This document shows positions 38,741 through 51,784 of a stretch of 64,000 nucleotides of DNA, piece after piece. Both the position numbers and the translations under genes were made by a program. The notes under the pieces are model-generated. The model made no database searches and was not told the origin of the DNA. It saw only the letters and a list, made by a program, of their open reading frames with translations. The first letter of the stretch is position 1. Each line of letters opens with the position of its first letter. This DNA is from Tubiluchus corallicola (taxonomy: Eukaryota > Animalia > Priapulida): NCBI GenBank assembly GCA_030141605.1, contig JAQGDQ010000017.1, positions 1,054,001 to 1,118,000 of the forward strand, in the 5' to 3' direction.

Positions 38741-39108
38741 GTGTAGCATTTTGTATTTGTGTACATTGTGTAGCATTTTGTGTTTGTGTACATTGTGCAG
38801 TATTTTGTATTTGTGTACATTGCGTAGCATTTTGTGTATGTGTACATTGTGCAGTATTTTGTATTTGTGTACATTGCATAGCATTTTGTGTATGTGTACA
38901 TTGTGTAGCATTTTGTATTTGTGTAAATTGTGTATTTGTGTACATTGTGTAGCATTCTGTATTTGTGTACATTGTGTAGCATTTTGTGTTTGTGTACATT
39001 GTGCAGTATTTTGTATTTGTGTACATTGTGTAGCATTTTGTGTATGTGTACATTGTGTAGCATTTTGTGTTTGTGTAATTTGTGTACATTGTGTAGCATT
39101 TTGTGTTT
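38741..39108. repeat. 27-bp minisatellite (about 13 copies) abutting the SRP14 splice acceptor
   Basis: Unit gtgtagcattttgt(a/g)t(t/a)tgtgtacatt; ends in ttttgtgtttcag at 39111. Confidence 0.95.
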
Positions 39109-39134
39109 CAGGCATTGGAGTCAATGAGTTGAAC

Positions 39135-39470
39135 ATGGTACTTCTAGAAAATGATGCATTCCTATCTGAGGTGACAAAACTATTCCAGAAATCAAAGAAC
39201 ACGGGTTCAGGTTCACTGTGCATCACGATGAAGCGATACGACGGCAGGAAAAAGCCGAAGCCACGAAGTGGGTCTGCTCAAAAAGGCCCGATGCCGGCTG
39301 CGGATTACAAGTGCCTGATGAGGGCTGCGCTTGGTTCAAAGAAGATCAGTACGGTAATCAATGCCAAAGATGTTAATAAGTTTCAGATGGCTTATGCCAA
39401 CCTACTGAGAGCCAATATGGATGCACTGAAGAAAAGGGAAAAGAAATCGAAGAAAGCAAAGACGACCTAA
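39135..39470 (+). CDS. SRP14: Signal recognition particle 14 kDa protein, 111 aa; intronless CDS
   Basis: MVLLENDAFLSEVTKLFQKS...ITMKRYDGR.KP.PR...CLMRA..GSKKISTV...KDVNKFQMAYANLLRANMD.LKKR with a basic C-terminus. Confidence 0.96.
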   Translation: MVLLENDAFLSEVTKLFQKSKNTGSGSLCITMKRYDGRKKPKPRSGSAQKGPMPAADYKCLMRAALGSKKISTVINAKDVNKFQMAYANLLRANMDALKKREKKSKKAKTT

Positions 39471-39708
39471 AAACATTTTCCTAAAGTAGAAAGCTAAAAG
39501 TAGAAATGGAACTACAGATCATTTCAGCTCTCATATTATGTATATAAAGAACTGAGGGGAAGAGGAAGATGAAAACGTGTTATTCTTCGTCATTGTCGAT
39601 TTGGACTGGCATGAATTGATTTTATTGTTACTGGTAATTTATTACCTGTTTGCCCACTTACAGGTTACTTGTTATAGCATACAGGGTTGGCATGCATCGT
39701 CTGAAAAG

Positions 39709-40091
39709 TAGGGGATGATCATCGAATACGAGTATTCAATTCGAACGAGTTTTTTAGTTCGAATTCAATTTGAACTTAAAATTATAGATATTAATAAATC
39801 AGCACTTCAACCACGTACGCTCTTTATCATTAAAACATTTGAAATATCATGCAATTAGTACAATATAGCTGTGATTCTGTGCACAATTTTTAAACAAATT
39901 ATTAGTGGTTTTGCTACAAAACAAAATCGAGTAATATGGACGATCTTTGTAAAACCAGTTTTTACTGGTGGTTCGAAAATCTTTCAATCTTAATTTCATT
40001 CTAATCGAAATACTGAAATTCGGTTAGATTCGAATTCAAAAGTCACAAATTCAGTTCGAATTCGCTTTCTGGTAAAGAATGCTCACCCCTA
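39709..40091 (+). mobile_element. hAT-like MITE family C, copy 2, with a perfect 8-bp target-site duplication
   Basis: TIRs taggggatgatcat / atgctcaccccta; CTGAAAAG at 39701-39708 and 40092-40099. Confidence 0.88.
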
Positions 40092-40559
40092 CTGAAAAGT
40101 TATTACTTTATTACAACTGACTTTTGTTTGGTTGCAATATCTTTGGGATGGTTGAAATAATATTTTTGCAAAATATTTTAATGTTACTTTTTAGTCAGAA
40201 TTTCTTGACCTAACGTTAGAACTATATCATTAGCATGTGCCACCTTTCGCCTTTTGTAAAAAGAACGGCTGTATCGTTGCATGCATGCATCCATTCCGTT
40301 GTATGGAATAATAAATTAAAAAATGCACTTCCGGATTTAAAGTAAACTCTATATACAAATATTCTGCGTTAACTATGTACAGTAATGGAAAATTATAAAT
40401 TAGCTGCGTTGTTTATTATGGAACTTCGGATTTATTCACTTTGTCCATGATGATTTTCTAACCGGCGTTATAATGATTAGTCCTACAGATGGCAGCACAA
40501 GCTTAGTTGGAGTTGGAATAATGACAAATCCGCCCAGATCGTTAAATATTTTGGTGTGA

Positions 40560-40900
40560 AAAACTTTATTAAATGTTTTAGTAACCTTTCCTAACCTACA
40601 TGCTTCACTCCTTTCCTTATACAGCACAGATATGGCCAATTTGTTTGTCAAGACTTTTATAGCTACAGATTTCATTTACAATAAAGAACGTAAATTACTC
40701 ATAACAACGGAAAGAACTAGTTTCAAACCACCCTTTTCTTGAAGTCGAAACCATTTGTTCAGTAGCAACATTTCAATTGCTAAAAGTAATTGTCATTTGA
40801 TAAACAAAGTATGTTAATAATTACTTTAAAATTACATTAGAGTTTGGCTAACTAGTTAGGCAATTTCATACATAACAATATTAAGCAGGTCTATAATTAT
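40560..40900 (-). mobile_element. Highly decayed LINE RT fragment
   Basis: Minus-strand remnants NYRP, EQ.GFR (frameshifted) and TKTFNKVFH (compare SKAFDKV.H) occur in the expected order. Confidence 0.35.
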
Positions 40901-43900
40901 AATTCCTTCCCTCTGTAAGGACAGAAATTATACTACAGATGTTAACCTTTGCACTACGCAAAATATGATGCTACTTGCTAACCTGTTCTAAAAATTGTTT
41001 GCTTCCAAAAGTATTTCTTTTCATTAACTTATGTTGCTCAAGAGAGAGCGCATAATTCCCTGACTGTGTAAATTTCAGAATAGGTAGAGTTTAATTGTTC
41101 TTTTTCTCTGAAACCCTCTTTTTCGTAATACAAGCTATTTCGAGGCACAATGTTATTCTTCAAGTGCATCATATAATTTATGTGTTAGAGAAAATAAAAA
41201 CTATTTTTATAACTAAATCTAATTACTTTTGAATGGTAAAATATAAATTTAGGATGTAACATGATGCATCAACATATAACATGATATACTTACTAATGTA
41301 AACCTTTTCTAAGTTCTTTTTAACATTGGGTATCTTTATAAAAAACTCAAAAAGAGATCTGTCTCGCCGGGATTATGTTGTCGTTTTCGTTCCCATTGTT
41401 GTTCATGTAACAAGTTTTACCAATTTTTTACATTTTACTTCTAAAGTTATTCAGTATTCTGAATTTTTGCGCAAAAATGGAGTCAATGACAATGGTAACT
41501 AGTGTTCTAAATTTATGAAACATACAGAAAAAAACAATCATGACAACGGTAAATGGTGTTTTAAACGACATATCCAACCAGTTTGGCAGAAAAACTCAGT
41601 AGATGAATAACCCCTTTTTTGCACTCCAGACCAGTTTAATTATATTTATCAGTGCAGAAAGTGTTTGTAATGTGTTAGGAAAAATATTCAAGTACAATAA
41701 ATACATTGTTTTTTTGATGGATGGTAAAGTGTAAAGATATCGAATTACAGCATTAGTTGATACAATTTGCCAAAATGAGAAAGTTCATTTCTCACAGCTA
41801 GGAATATATCACTGGTGCAACACATTACAAAACCGATTTGTTTTCATAGTTCAGATCATGCTTTACAGATAATGATTCCTTTGTGGTTATTTCAGAATAG
41901 CAAGACTGTAACTAAAAGCACATCATTTTTACGAAATAATTTCTTAGCAGTTTGTCATGGTCTCTTGAGGATGCAAAATACTTTACCTGTCTGCAAACAC
42001 TTCGCTTACTCAAAATTTTTCACTCACTTCTAATAGAATTAGTTTTTTTCGCATGAATGTCATTTTTAATAACGGCAAGTTCTGAATCTTAATTACGCAG
42101 CACGGTAATTCGCACGACTAATCTAATTCCGGACGAATTTGAAAAAAGTCACTTGTATGCAAATTTTTCGCCGTGGAGCGAAATTAATAGAACAACTAAT
42201 TTACGCACATGCTCGGATGAATGGCTGAAATTGATTAAAAATGCGTAAGACATTACATGCTTGTGCTTAACATGCATTACCGAGCTGATTGTGAGCGAAA
42301 AGTAATCATGGTCGCCATTATAAGATTTATTCAACATATTTCCTTTGAAGCGTTATTTTGTCAAACCTAACAGTGTGGTTTTAACAAACAAACAACCAAT
42401 TCATACTGGTGTGTTTATTTGTAGGTTAGTCCCATGAGTGTGTATGTTAGGCACACACTGTATTGGTGTTGTAAATACATACTAGGTGCAGATCTATAAA
42501 CATACAACCAGTAAGAAACCATTCTACAAATGGTTTATTTAAACGATGTACATAAATATAAATCAGTTGTAATGGCGTAGCTACAGGATCGTCCATAAAA
42601 AACGTTCCCCCAAAACTAACACCCTTCATCATGATAAAGGCATTTGTAAAAGAGATTTGTATCATCAAGTCATTTTTTTCTTGTTTTTCCAAAGATTTGT
42701 AAATTTCTACTAAGACGTCCACCATGTTCTACTAAGATTGGCGATCGAACAACGTCCGAAAATGGGTGTTTTTTGCTCATTGCTGGAACACCGTGTAGAA
42801 AAATGTCCTAGCGGCACTTCGTGAGGGAAATTCTTGCTCTCCAGAAAGAGAAGAAACCAGGCTGCACATTGATGTCTGTTTCTTTCAGAAATACCACTGC
42901 CAGGACGAAAAGCTACAAGTTAGTTTGGGGGAGTGTTTTCTCCAGACTACCCTGTATTTTAATAATACTGAGCAAACGAATGTAGTAAATTATCTGATTA
43001 AAAGGCAAGGTACACCACTAATGGGACTGGGATTATGCAGAAACTGCACTAATGAGATTATTAACAACGGTTACCAAGTGCCCTGGACTGTTACCAAGCA
43101 AGACGCGGAGGAATGAAAAAGAATCAATATCAGTCATTAGATAGCATTATGTCAACGTAAGTGACTCTCAAGATGTATCATCATTAAAATATAATCCCCT
43201 TGCTGTCTTCTCATATTTTGCTTCTGCAACTCCGAATTTCTTCATTTGTCGACTTTGATCCGACTTGATCTGCTGTTTCTGTAACACACAGTAGATTTCA
43301 AAAGAAAGTTTAGCCTCTTTACGAAAAATTTTGTAAAACAATATAACACTGCATTAAAGTGTAAAATAGCAATCCCAATATTTGTTTGGTTTTGATTTAA
43401 AAAACTGTGTCATATCTTAAATATTAGTGCATGTTCTTAATATTTTTCACTCAAAACATAATGATCACAATAATGTTAAACTGCACGGCATAAGTTATGG
43501 CCATTACAGGCTATAGAAAGCATTCTTGTCGGCCACCTTGACATGACGACCACATTGGATACTTAAAGCCTATATCTAGATACTGAAATCATCATCTTAT
43601 CTGCTTTAGAAATCAGAACATGCAAATTAGCTAATATATTATGCAAGCAGCTAGAACCATCTTAAAATCTTAACTGAGGTGGTGTCACATGTCTTTTTAA
43701 GCATCAGATATGGATTGCTTGACCTTGAAAACCTATATTTAGACAACAAAATCGTCATCTTAACTGTTCTAAGAGTCAAGATACGGCACGAGAAAAAAGA
43801 TGGTAGAGACACCGACCATACTGTGCATATACGTAGAGACTTCTTTTATTTAATCCACAACTCATAAGCAGTTGTATAAAAAGACATTCTTTTGACAGTT

Positions 43901-45239
43901 TTTCTTAACTGCCACTTAACTTTTTTCATGTACACTTTATAAGAGTTAAACAAAACCTCTATCCGCTCTAGATTGTCAGTGGTGCAAGCACTTGAATAAA
44001 GTGTTGATACCTTTTTGCTATTTGTGGAATTACTGAGACCGTTTCCTTAAAAATCTAATCGTCTAAATTACACAATTTTTACGAAGGCATACGACAGTTT
44101 TCTTAAACAAGACCAATCAACCTGGTCACTATACACAAACAAACAATCCAGTTACTATTCGCAGAAATATACGGTGCCTTTGACGGAAATTTACATTAAA
44201 AAACAGTGTTCATGTTACATGAAAATTACCAGACATTAAACAATTATTACTGGCTAAATCTGTAGTAATTACTATTCACAAAGAAAATATAGGATTTTGC
44301 CTTCACAACGGTATGAGATATTAATTAAGCTGTGTGCAGCCATGTAATTGCAAGTCCAATTTCCCACCGCAACGAAGCCATATAACCGTAATGACAAGAA
44401 GCCACACGAATGAAAAATGCAATTTTTGAGGTAAGTCAACTACTGGCTTCACCTGCTACAATGATCGTCCCACCATCTCCGATTATTATTAGACGAACAC
44501 GCTAAACAGGTGTTGGAATCTACACAGATTCAAGTAATTTTCATTACTGCTTGCCTCTTTGAATCATTATAAAAATTCCTGACACATAAATTAAAATTTC
44601 ACACGCCACTTGGTAAGCGAAAAGAAAGTTCGCTGAAGTCAAATGCGAGTGCAATTTTGATATGCAGTTAACTCACTACATAGATTTAAATATAGTAACA
44701 GCAAATGCTAAATTTGTATAAATAGATCAGGGAAAAATCAGAATTAAAGATGAGGAAAAATTAATCTAATTAAATTGTTAAATAATTTCAGACATTTATC
44801 GTAATTATAATAATGGCAACAGCTAACAAACGAGCAGTTTTTTTAGTTTTCTTTCAATGTGAAACTTCTAAGAAATTGGTTTAAAATGCGGTGTAACAAA
44901 TGCCAAATTCTGCTTAATCTGGCAATCCCTACCAAAACAATTTATTGCTGAAGAAAACTAAGAGAGAGAGAAACTAACAAAATATTAAAATAAATATTGT
45001 TATTTTGTGTATCTATATCAACGTTGTCCAGTAGTGATATGGTTCCTGCAAGTCATAACAAGTGAAATGGATCAATCTTTGTACAATTTCATTAATTAAA
45101 AAAGCAAAACCGGAACCCAATCTTAAACTGTAGATCAAAACAATCTACTCTTTAAAATAATGAAAAGGAAGCATACTGTTTTATCAAAAACGACTTACGT
45201 GAAAGAATTATTACCACACAAACGCAATTTTGTGTTTGC

Positions 45240-45660
45240 ACCACTAGCTCTTCGGCATTTCGGAAACGCATTGCACAAAAACAGGTGCTATACCTCTCAG
45301 TTCAGAGGTGTTTTTATGACTTATTGCACATGTTCAACAGCTCATGAGTGAGCACAGCGATAAATTTAAAATATGAATTTTTATCTTAACTTGGCGAGTT
45401 TTAGTACAACACACTGAATCTGAATATCTTAAAGTAGCACTGTACTTCAATTTTCGCTTTTACAAACACGTGCAACACGCTCGTAGAATATTTTTGCTGT
45501 TCAAAATTATGTTCATTGTGATGCCATCAATAGTTGGGCTTGCCCGCCGTTAATTGAGTTTTTAATTTATAATTTAATTATCAGAAACACTTTTGCAGTA
45601 TTATTGGTGTTAAAATGTAAACTTTTTGAAATAGTATATGAAAACTTGTCCTGTCTTCCT
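45240..45660 (-). repeat. Dispersed repeat family A, inverted copy
   Basis: Reverse complement of the 15640-16030 core (gttgggcttgcccgccg; ttttgcagtatt; cctgtcttcctt). Confidence 0.8.
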
Positions 45661-46900
45661 TTAAGCTTCTAAGATGACAGCATACAGTGATATGTACAAA
45701 CTTTAGGAAAATTCAGCACAACTTTATACCAAACAAAATATCATTGTGGACACAAAGGATTTCGAGACCTGTTTTCAGTTTTTTTGGCCACAAGCACTTT
45801 GGTTTCATATATTAAAATGTTAAATAATAAAAATTTGGTTGATGCAAGGTACCGAAATGGCTAAAAACTCAGAGATGGAATTCTCGTGCGCACAGGTGAT
45901 CAGCATCCCTGTAGCAACAAAACTGCAGCAAATCCCCGCAGCACGTATAATAGGATTGCTCAGATTAGTTTGATTAATTAGCGTCAGTCAGGAAGCTGAG
46001 GCCCGCTCAGCGCTGCGGAAGCGAAACGTGATTTCTTAGAAAGCTCGTTATGCAGCCAAAATGAAAGCAAATAATTACAGCAGTGGCATAAACCTGTCTT
46101 GCTCACAGTCATTATGGCAGCATAAATTAATTTGGGAGCTTACTGGCACATGCTTAGTTTCGCAACCCTCCTAATTGTCTTATTTTCTCTTTCGGCGATA
46201 ACATCCCACCACTAATGCAAATTACTCAGCAAATAATGAAGCCATAAATTAGTTTAATGGATTACTGTTGCAACGAGTACTAATACCCATTAGTTTTATA
46301 AAGCTGGTGCAACTTTTGCTACAAAAAATTGCTTAACTCATATAAAATAAACAAGCTAAATAATGGCAAACTCATTACAATACACAAGCATCTGCTGTTT
46401 AACAGGGCCAATTCACATTAAAACAATCAAGTAAAGATATGGACTACTAACAAACTGTTAACTTTCAAATTTTTCACTACCAAGTGACATCTCTCTACAC
46501 TCGGTGCACTGTTCTGTTTGCATGTTACAGTTGCAAAGAGAGTCATTAACTGTGAAAATTATAAAGACCTAAATAAAAAATAAGTACAGTGATTGCTAGT
46601 AATTGCCTCATGAATAGCTAGTTCATTAATAAGCTTAGGGACCAATTAAGATAATCAGTTTACAATTAAAATTGAATAGCAAAAAAAATCAGAGACTAGT
46701 TTCATGAAGAGACAAATGAAAAATCAGTTTAGGTAGCTGATACAGTTGCTCATCTGACTCACCAACAATGATACATACACCGTATACAAAACTGAATTTA
46801 AATACCTAGTGTATTTGTTGATGTACTTATCTGACATACTAACGATGAAACATACACCGTATACAAAACTGAATTCAAATGGTGCTAGAAACACTTTAAT

Positions 46901-47142
46901 CTATCCACCAAATGAAGCCAGGGCTGAACAGTGAGTATCCAGAATTCCCGAAACCCCTTTGGCACCTCTTATTATCACTGAGTCACAGGCATTGTTTAAC
47001 TGAACGACAACAAATGGATCATTAAAAAACGGCTTTTTAGCAATCACGCAACCGCTAGGCAGGTCTGAACAATGAGCATCCAGATGTCTAATCCCTTTTC
47101 TTACCATTGCATCACAGGCATTGTTTAACTGAACAATGACAT
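46901..47142 (-). CDS. Candidate coding exon with an in-frame internal duplication; unknown product
   Basis: Two units of VQLNNACD...KG...LD(A/T)HCS.L; the duplicated blocks are 129 and 141 nt apart (both multiples of 3); weak acceptor at 47143-47144. Confidence 0.3.
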
Positions 47143-48001
47143 CTTGACAATAACAACTAATTCTCTAACACGTTTTTCTATTATTTTAATGAGTAAACTA
47201 TTGAAAGTACTCGGTAATTATTTTATTCAACTTTATATTTCTTCCTACTGTCTTGTGGTTACAGGACTTGACTTGCTAAATATACATTATACGGGATTTA
47301 ACATTCTCTATATCGTACTAACATACATGCATTATGTGCCTTCATGTATACCATACAAAGTAGGCATGTGAATTACCAACTCATTTCAGTAAGCTGCTTC
47401 ACTTCGATGAACGATTTTGTAAAGAAAATAACTGATAATACATTAGGATATAAGCAAAAAGCTACTTCAACAATATGTATGGAATATTTCGAAGAAATAT
47501 TTTGTACAGTAGAAACAATAACTGCTACGCTTTTCCAATAAAACGTATTTACGTGCAATATGTAAATAAAATGCGGAGAAATTCGATTATATCAATTTTA
47601 TTACATTGCAGGAAATTCCTGGGAAATAACAAGAACCAGAAATTCTGATTAAGCCATTTTTGCAATTTCTAAATGTAATTATGCAAGTACAAAAGGACAA
47701 AGACTCTTATTTACAGTCGCTGGGACAACAAACAACATTAGCCATAGGCTACTATAAGCAACTCGTAACTAACACAACAACACTGAGATGCCACAAATAA
47801 ATAATACAGATAACAATTGTTTGCGGCAATATAGGTGGTCGTAAGATTCGAACTTGGGCTGTAAGCAGAGCAGCACAAAACTTAAGAATTAGTACACAGC
47901 CTCATAATTAGCAGCACGAATTAGTTCAGTCTCATAATATAAAAATGTACTTGCTGCTCTCTAAAGCTTAGATTACTGCTAGCTAGAACTAAGGTCAACT
48001 A

Positions 48002-48433
48002 TAGGGTTCCCACAGAATTTTAAAATTAATTTCCCTGACTTTTCCCTGACCAAAATAAGCAGAAATTGTATTACCAGTATACATATTCAAACCTTTTTGT
48101 GTATGGACATTCACACATATACTGATATTTAATGTGTCAGCACAGCTGCAGGAGTGCTAACGAAATTACACTAATCACATTAAATAAACTTTCTTAATCC
48201 AATCCTTATTTTTGGAACAGAAATCGAAACTGGGGTCTGCCATAGCAAAATTTTATTTGAGCACGAATAGCTGAAAAATATGTTTGAAAAAATATCGCTT
48301 CACTGTGATTATTTTTGCAACTGTTTCCAATTTTCCAGACTTTTCGTCCCATTTTCATCACTTTCCCTGACTTTTCCATGACTTTCCAGGATAGCCTGTA
48401 TTTTCACGGATTTTCCTGACTGTGGGAACCCAG
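48002..48433. mobile_element. MITE with GGGTTCCCACAG terminal inverted repeats
   Basis: tagggttcccacag ... ctgtgggaaccc, with subterminal ttccctgac repeats at both ends. Confidence 0.75.
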
Positions 48434-51025
48434 CAACTAGTAATTCTTTAACTGTCACAAAATAAGTAATCAAAGTTAATGAAGTCTTTTTACGTCTGCA
48501 ATACATTAAATAAATTTATTTAATGCACTTTAGTAAAGTCATGCTTACAATGAGATCACAGCAAGCCTTTTGGACTACACAGTATTTATAAGAAAATGAA
48601 TTATGAGTGACTAAGACTATATTTTGACAATTTTGATAACCTTACAAATGTGATAAACTAAACTGAGATTGAACAAACATGTAAAATTAACGACCGTCAA
48701 AATCAAAGCAGCAACACTGTTCTTATAGGTCTATCACTTTTTTAGTCTCAGGTTGTTTATGAATTTAAAAAGAATATACACTAAATAGATTAAAACCAGT
48801 TTACAACAAACGTGACGCACAGAAAAATTTCGGTTACTTGTACTGCAGACATGAAAATACAGAGCAACACAGATGAAATTACTATGAAGTACATCACATG
48901 TACATAATAAACTTAACCGGCAATGGTTAGATAAGCCTATTAATACTCGCAGCTGCCGTAAGATATTCAGTCATAACGTAACAAATAATCACAGAATGGC
49001 TGAATTCCTCAATTGTACCTTTAGCAGAAAATGTCACATACTTATTACTGCTAGTGCTATGATTAAAGTTCTCTCTATGCTTGGATGCTAATTTACCACA
49101 TCAGGTAAACCTATTGTTACCATAGAAACACGTACGCTCGTCTCAATCCCTGTTGCCACAGTAACCGATGCCGCACTGATTTCGAATGGTGCTAGCTATT
49201 CAAATGACATCTACGCACCAAAGGAAATCAGGACAGCAAAGATGTACAATTTGTCAGCGCTGAAATTAAAGGAATTAGCAGATGATTTCACGCTGACTAA
49301 AAGATGCTCTGCAGTAGCTAATAAATATTGGAACTAATCTTGTGCTGTGTAAAGAAGACTTAATGTTACTTGTTAGTAATAATTACTACCAAAAAAAAGT
49401 AAAAGTAGTATTACTTAGCTAGGTTGTGGAAATTACAATAAATACGATCGCTAATCAGCAATAGAGCTACCAGGCTATATAGTTAATAAACAAAAAATGC
49501 AAATTCTAAAATAGAAACCCTGCTGCAACTGCAAGTAAAGCTGAAGTAAAAGTAAAAAAAGGAAATTAAAAGCATACAACTTAAAAAGCATACAAAAAAA
49601 ACTAATTCACTAAATGCCTAACTTTTGGTTGGTGTCATTTATGCACATTAGCCATAATAAAATTTGTCCTAAACACATTGCACTAAATCAGCAAATAATA
49701 GAAATAAGTTAAAATGTGTTCACAGGCTACAAAACTCAGTCTTCTGCTGGTGCAGAACACAACATGGCTGCCAGGCATGTGCTGCCACCTCATGCACAAG
49801 ACAGCAAAAAAAATTAAAAACAACAGTGACAGTGTTCACCAAACCATTGTACAAAAATAATAAAGACAACTTATGAATAAAATGACTTTTGAAACACAAA
49901 TTTCTATACAAGGTAGGTAAACTAATATATGTCTTAGACTTGTATTTAATAATTAATTCCAATGAAATAAAATTGCATTTCAAAGGAATAAGTTACTAAC
50001 TACGCAAGATGATATTAAATAAGAAATGCAATTATCTTTTGCAGGAAATATCAAGTAGAACCTTAATATTACTAAGATTGGTACCTCAACCATAACAGCA
50101 GCGAGGGCATTCGACCTATTCCCAGGTCTCTCACAAAAAAGACATTTAAGAATATCAAGACAAGGTCATTGATTAAAAACTCTAAGTCTGTCCTCTACTT
50201 TTCCATTCAACATGCAAAAAATATGCTCATAGCAGTAAGACTTCTCAAGAAAACTCCTTTCTTAGGGAATTAGTTTTTAACCTTTCGGAAAAACTTATAA
50301 TCAGTACATTGAACATAATCATTGAATCTTAAGACAGACAGCTACAGCAAATAGATTACTAATTCTTATTAACTTTAGAAAAGCAATAGAAGCTGCACAT
50401 GCCACATGGTGAGTATGCTAAACATTGTGCTACCAGGGAGAGTTTCAAGCCAATTTGACAGATTTTTTCAAATTGGGCACTGCGATAATTCTGCAATATC
50501 ATAATAGCAAGAGCATGAATTAAATAAGCTATTATCATTTACCCTCAACAATTTAAGCCTCTATTTGAAGTAAAAATAACCTACATTAACTGAATAAGGC
50601 ATTAATATGCTGAAATAACATTCCTTAAACTGTTTTTATAGAACTTAATAAAATAAGAAATTTATATTGTTACATTTTGCTTGTACAGAACTTTTACTGC
50701 CAGTTGATATAATTTCAGCAAAGCAGATGACAAATAAAACCACAATACGTAACTTTGTTAAAATGCATCTGAATATAGTTTTCCTAGGTCTATTTAGTAG
50801 CAGAAAGTTTTGCTTCCAGACACAAACGTATGGAATACAGACTGTAGATTACATGATTAATTTATGTTTGAAACATCAGTACCATGGCACCAACACCTGA
50901 ATAATTTGAAAATAAGGCAATGATTACACGTTTCTAACGCTGACCAAATTAAAATAATCTACAACAACCACTGTACCCTAAGTTGCTAGCCTTACATTTT
51001 CACCTTGCGAGTTCTTTCACAAGCA

Positions 51026-51784
51026 TTAAAGTGGCTGGACAGACCAATTCGAAGCAAACACACTGGCAACAGTGGCTGGCTGTTCCACATCATCAGTGGG
51101 ATTTATACTGGCACTGTCATAATAAGAGACGTTGTTGGGACTGCTGTAATAGGAGACATCTTCTGCAAAAAAATGCATGATGTTAATAACATGTTGTCTA
51201 AAAAGACTTAAACATGGTAAAATTCTAGTATTTCGACAAATGGTTAATAGTTCCAGTTGCGAATTTTTCTGACATCATCGGGCCAAACCATCCAGGTCGA
51301 TGTGCAATAACTTTATGATATTCAGCAGATTTTTCGCTGGGCTACAAGTATATAAAGATGTTCAATGTTTAATCAAGCATTCATTAGAATGCATGTTCAA
51401 TGTTCAACCAAGCCTTCATCATAATGAATGTTCAACGTCCAACCAAGCATTCACTAGAATGCATGTTCAACGTTCAATCAAGAGCTCGTCGGACCACATA
51501 CAAAGTTTCGCAGCTATCCCTAAACCATTGTAAATTGAATCTGAAAATCCATATAAAGCCAGCACGCGCATACACAATAATACGACTTCCTTTCACTGGC
51601 AACAATTTACGAGCAGCGAAAAGTGAAGCCGTATTCACTGTCGGACATTTGAACGTGATAAAAATAATTTAGAGGTTTTGCATGAGTGCGAGAATAGTTA
51701 CTGCTCACCTATACTTGATAGCTGCAAATTCAGTGTAACTGAGATGCTGACGATGGCAGCATAAACAACAGTGACATAATACAT
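51026..51784 (-). CDS. Candidate two-exon 70-aa secreted peptide (51784-51709 joined to 51162-51026)
   Basis: Acceptor ttgcag at 51796, donor G|gtgagc at 51708 and acceptor tttttttgcag at 51163. The phase-1 join gives MYYVTVVYAAIVSISVTLNLQLSSIEDVSYYSSPNNVSYYDSASINPTDDVEQPATVASVFASNWSVQPL*. No homology recognised. Confidence 0.35.

Noticed and set aside
38673-39226. 239-aa Cys-rich N-terminal extension of SRP14 and overlapping repetitive minus-strand ORFs
   Set aside because: They arise from the stop-free 27-bp minisatellite. A strong acceptor at 39111 and the canonical MVLL start at 39135 explain the gene.
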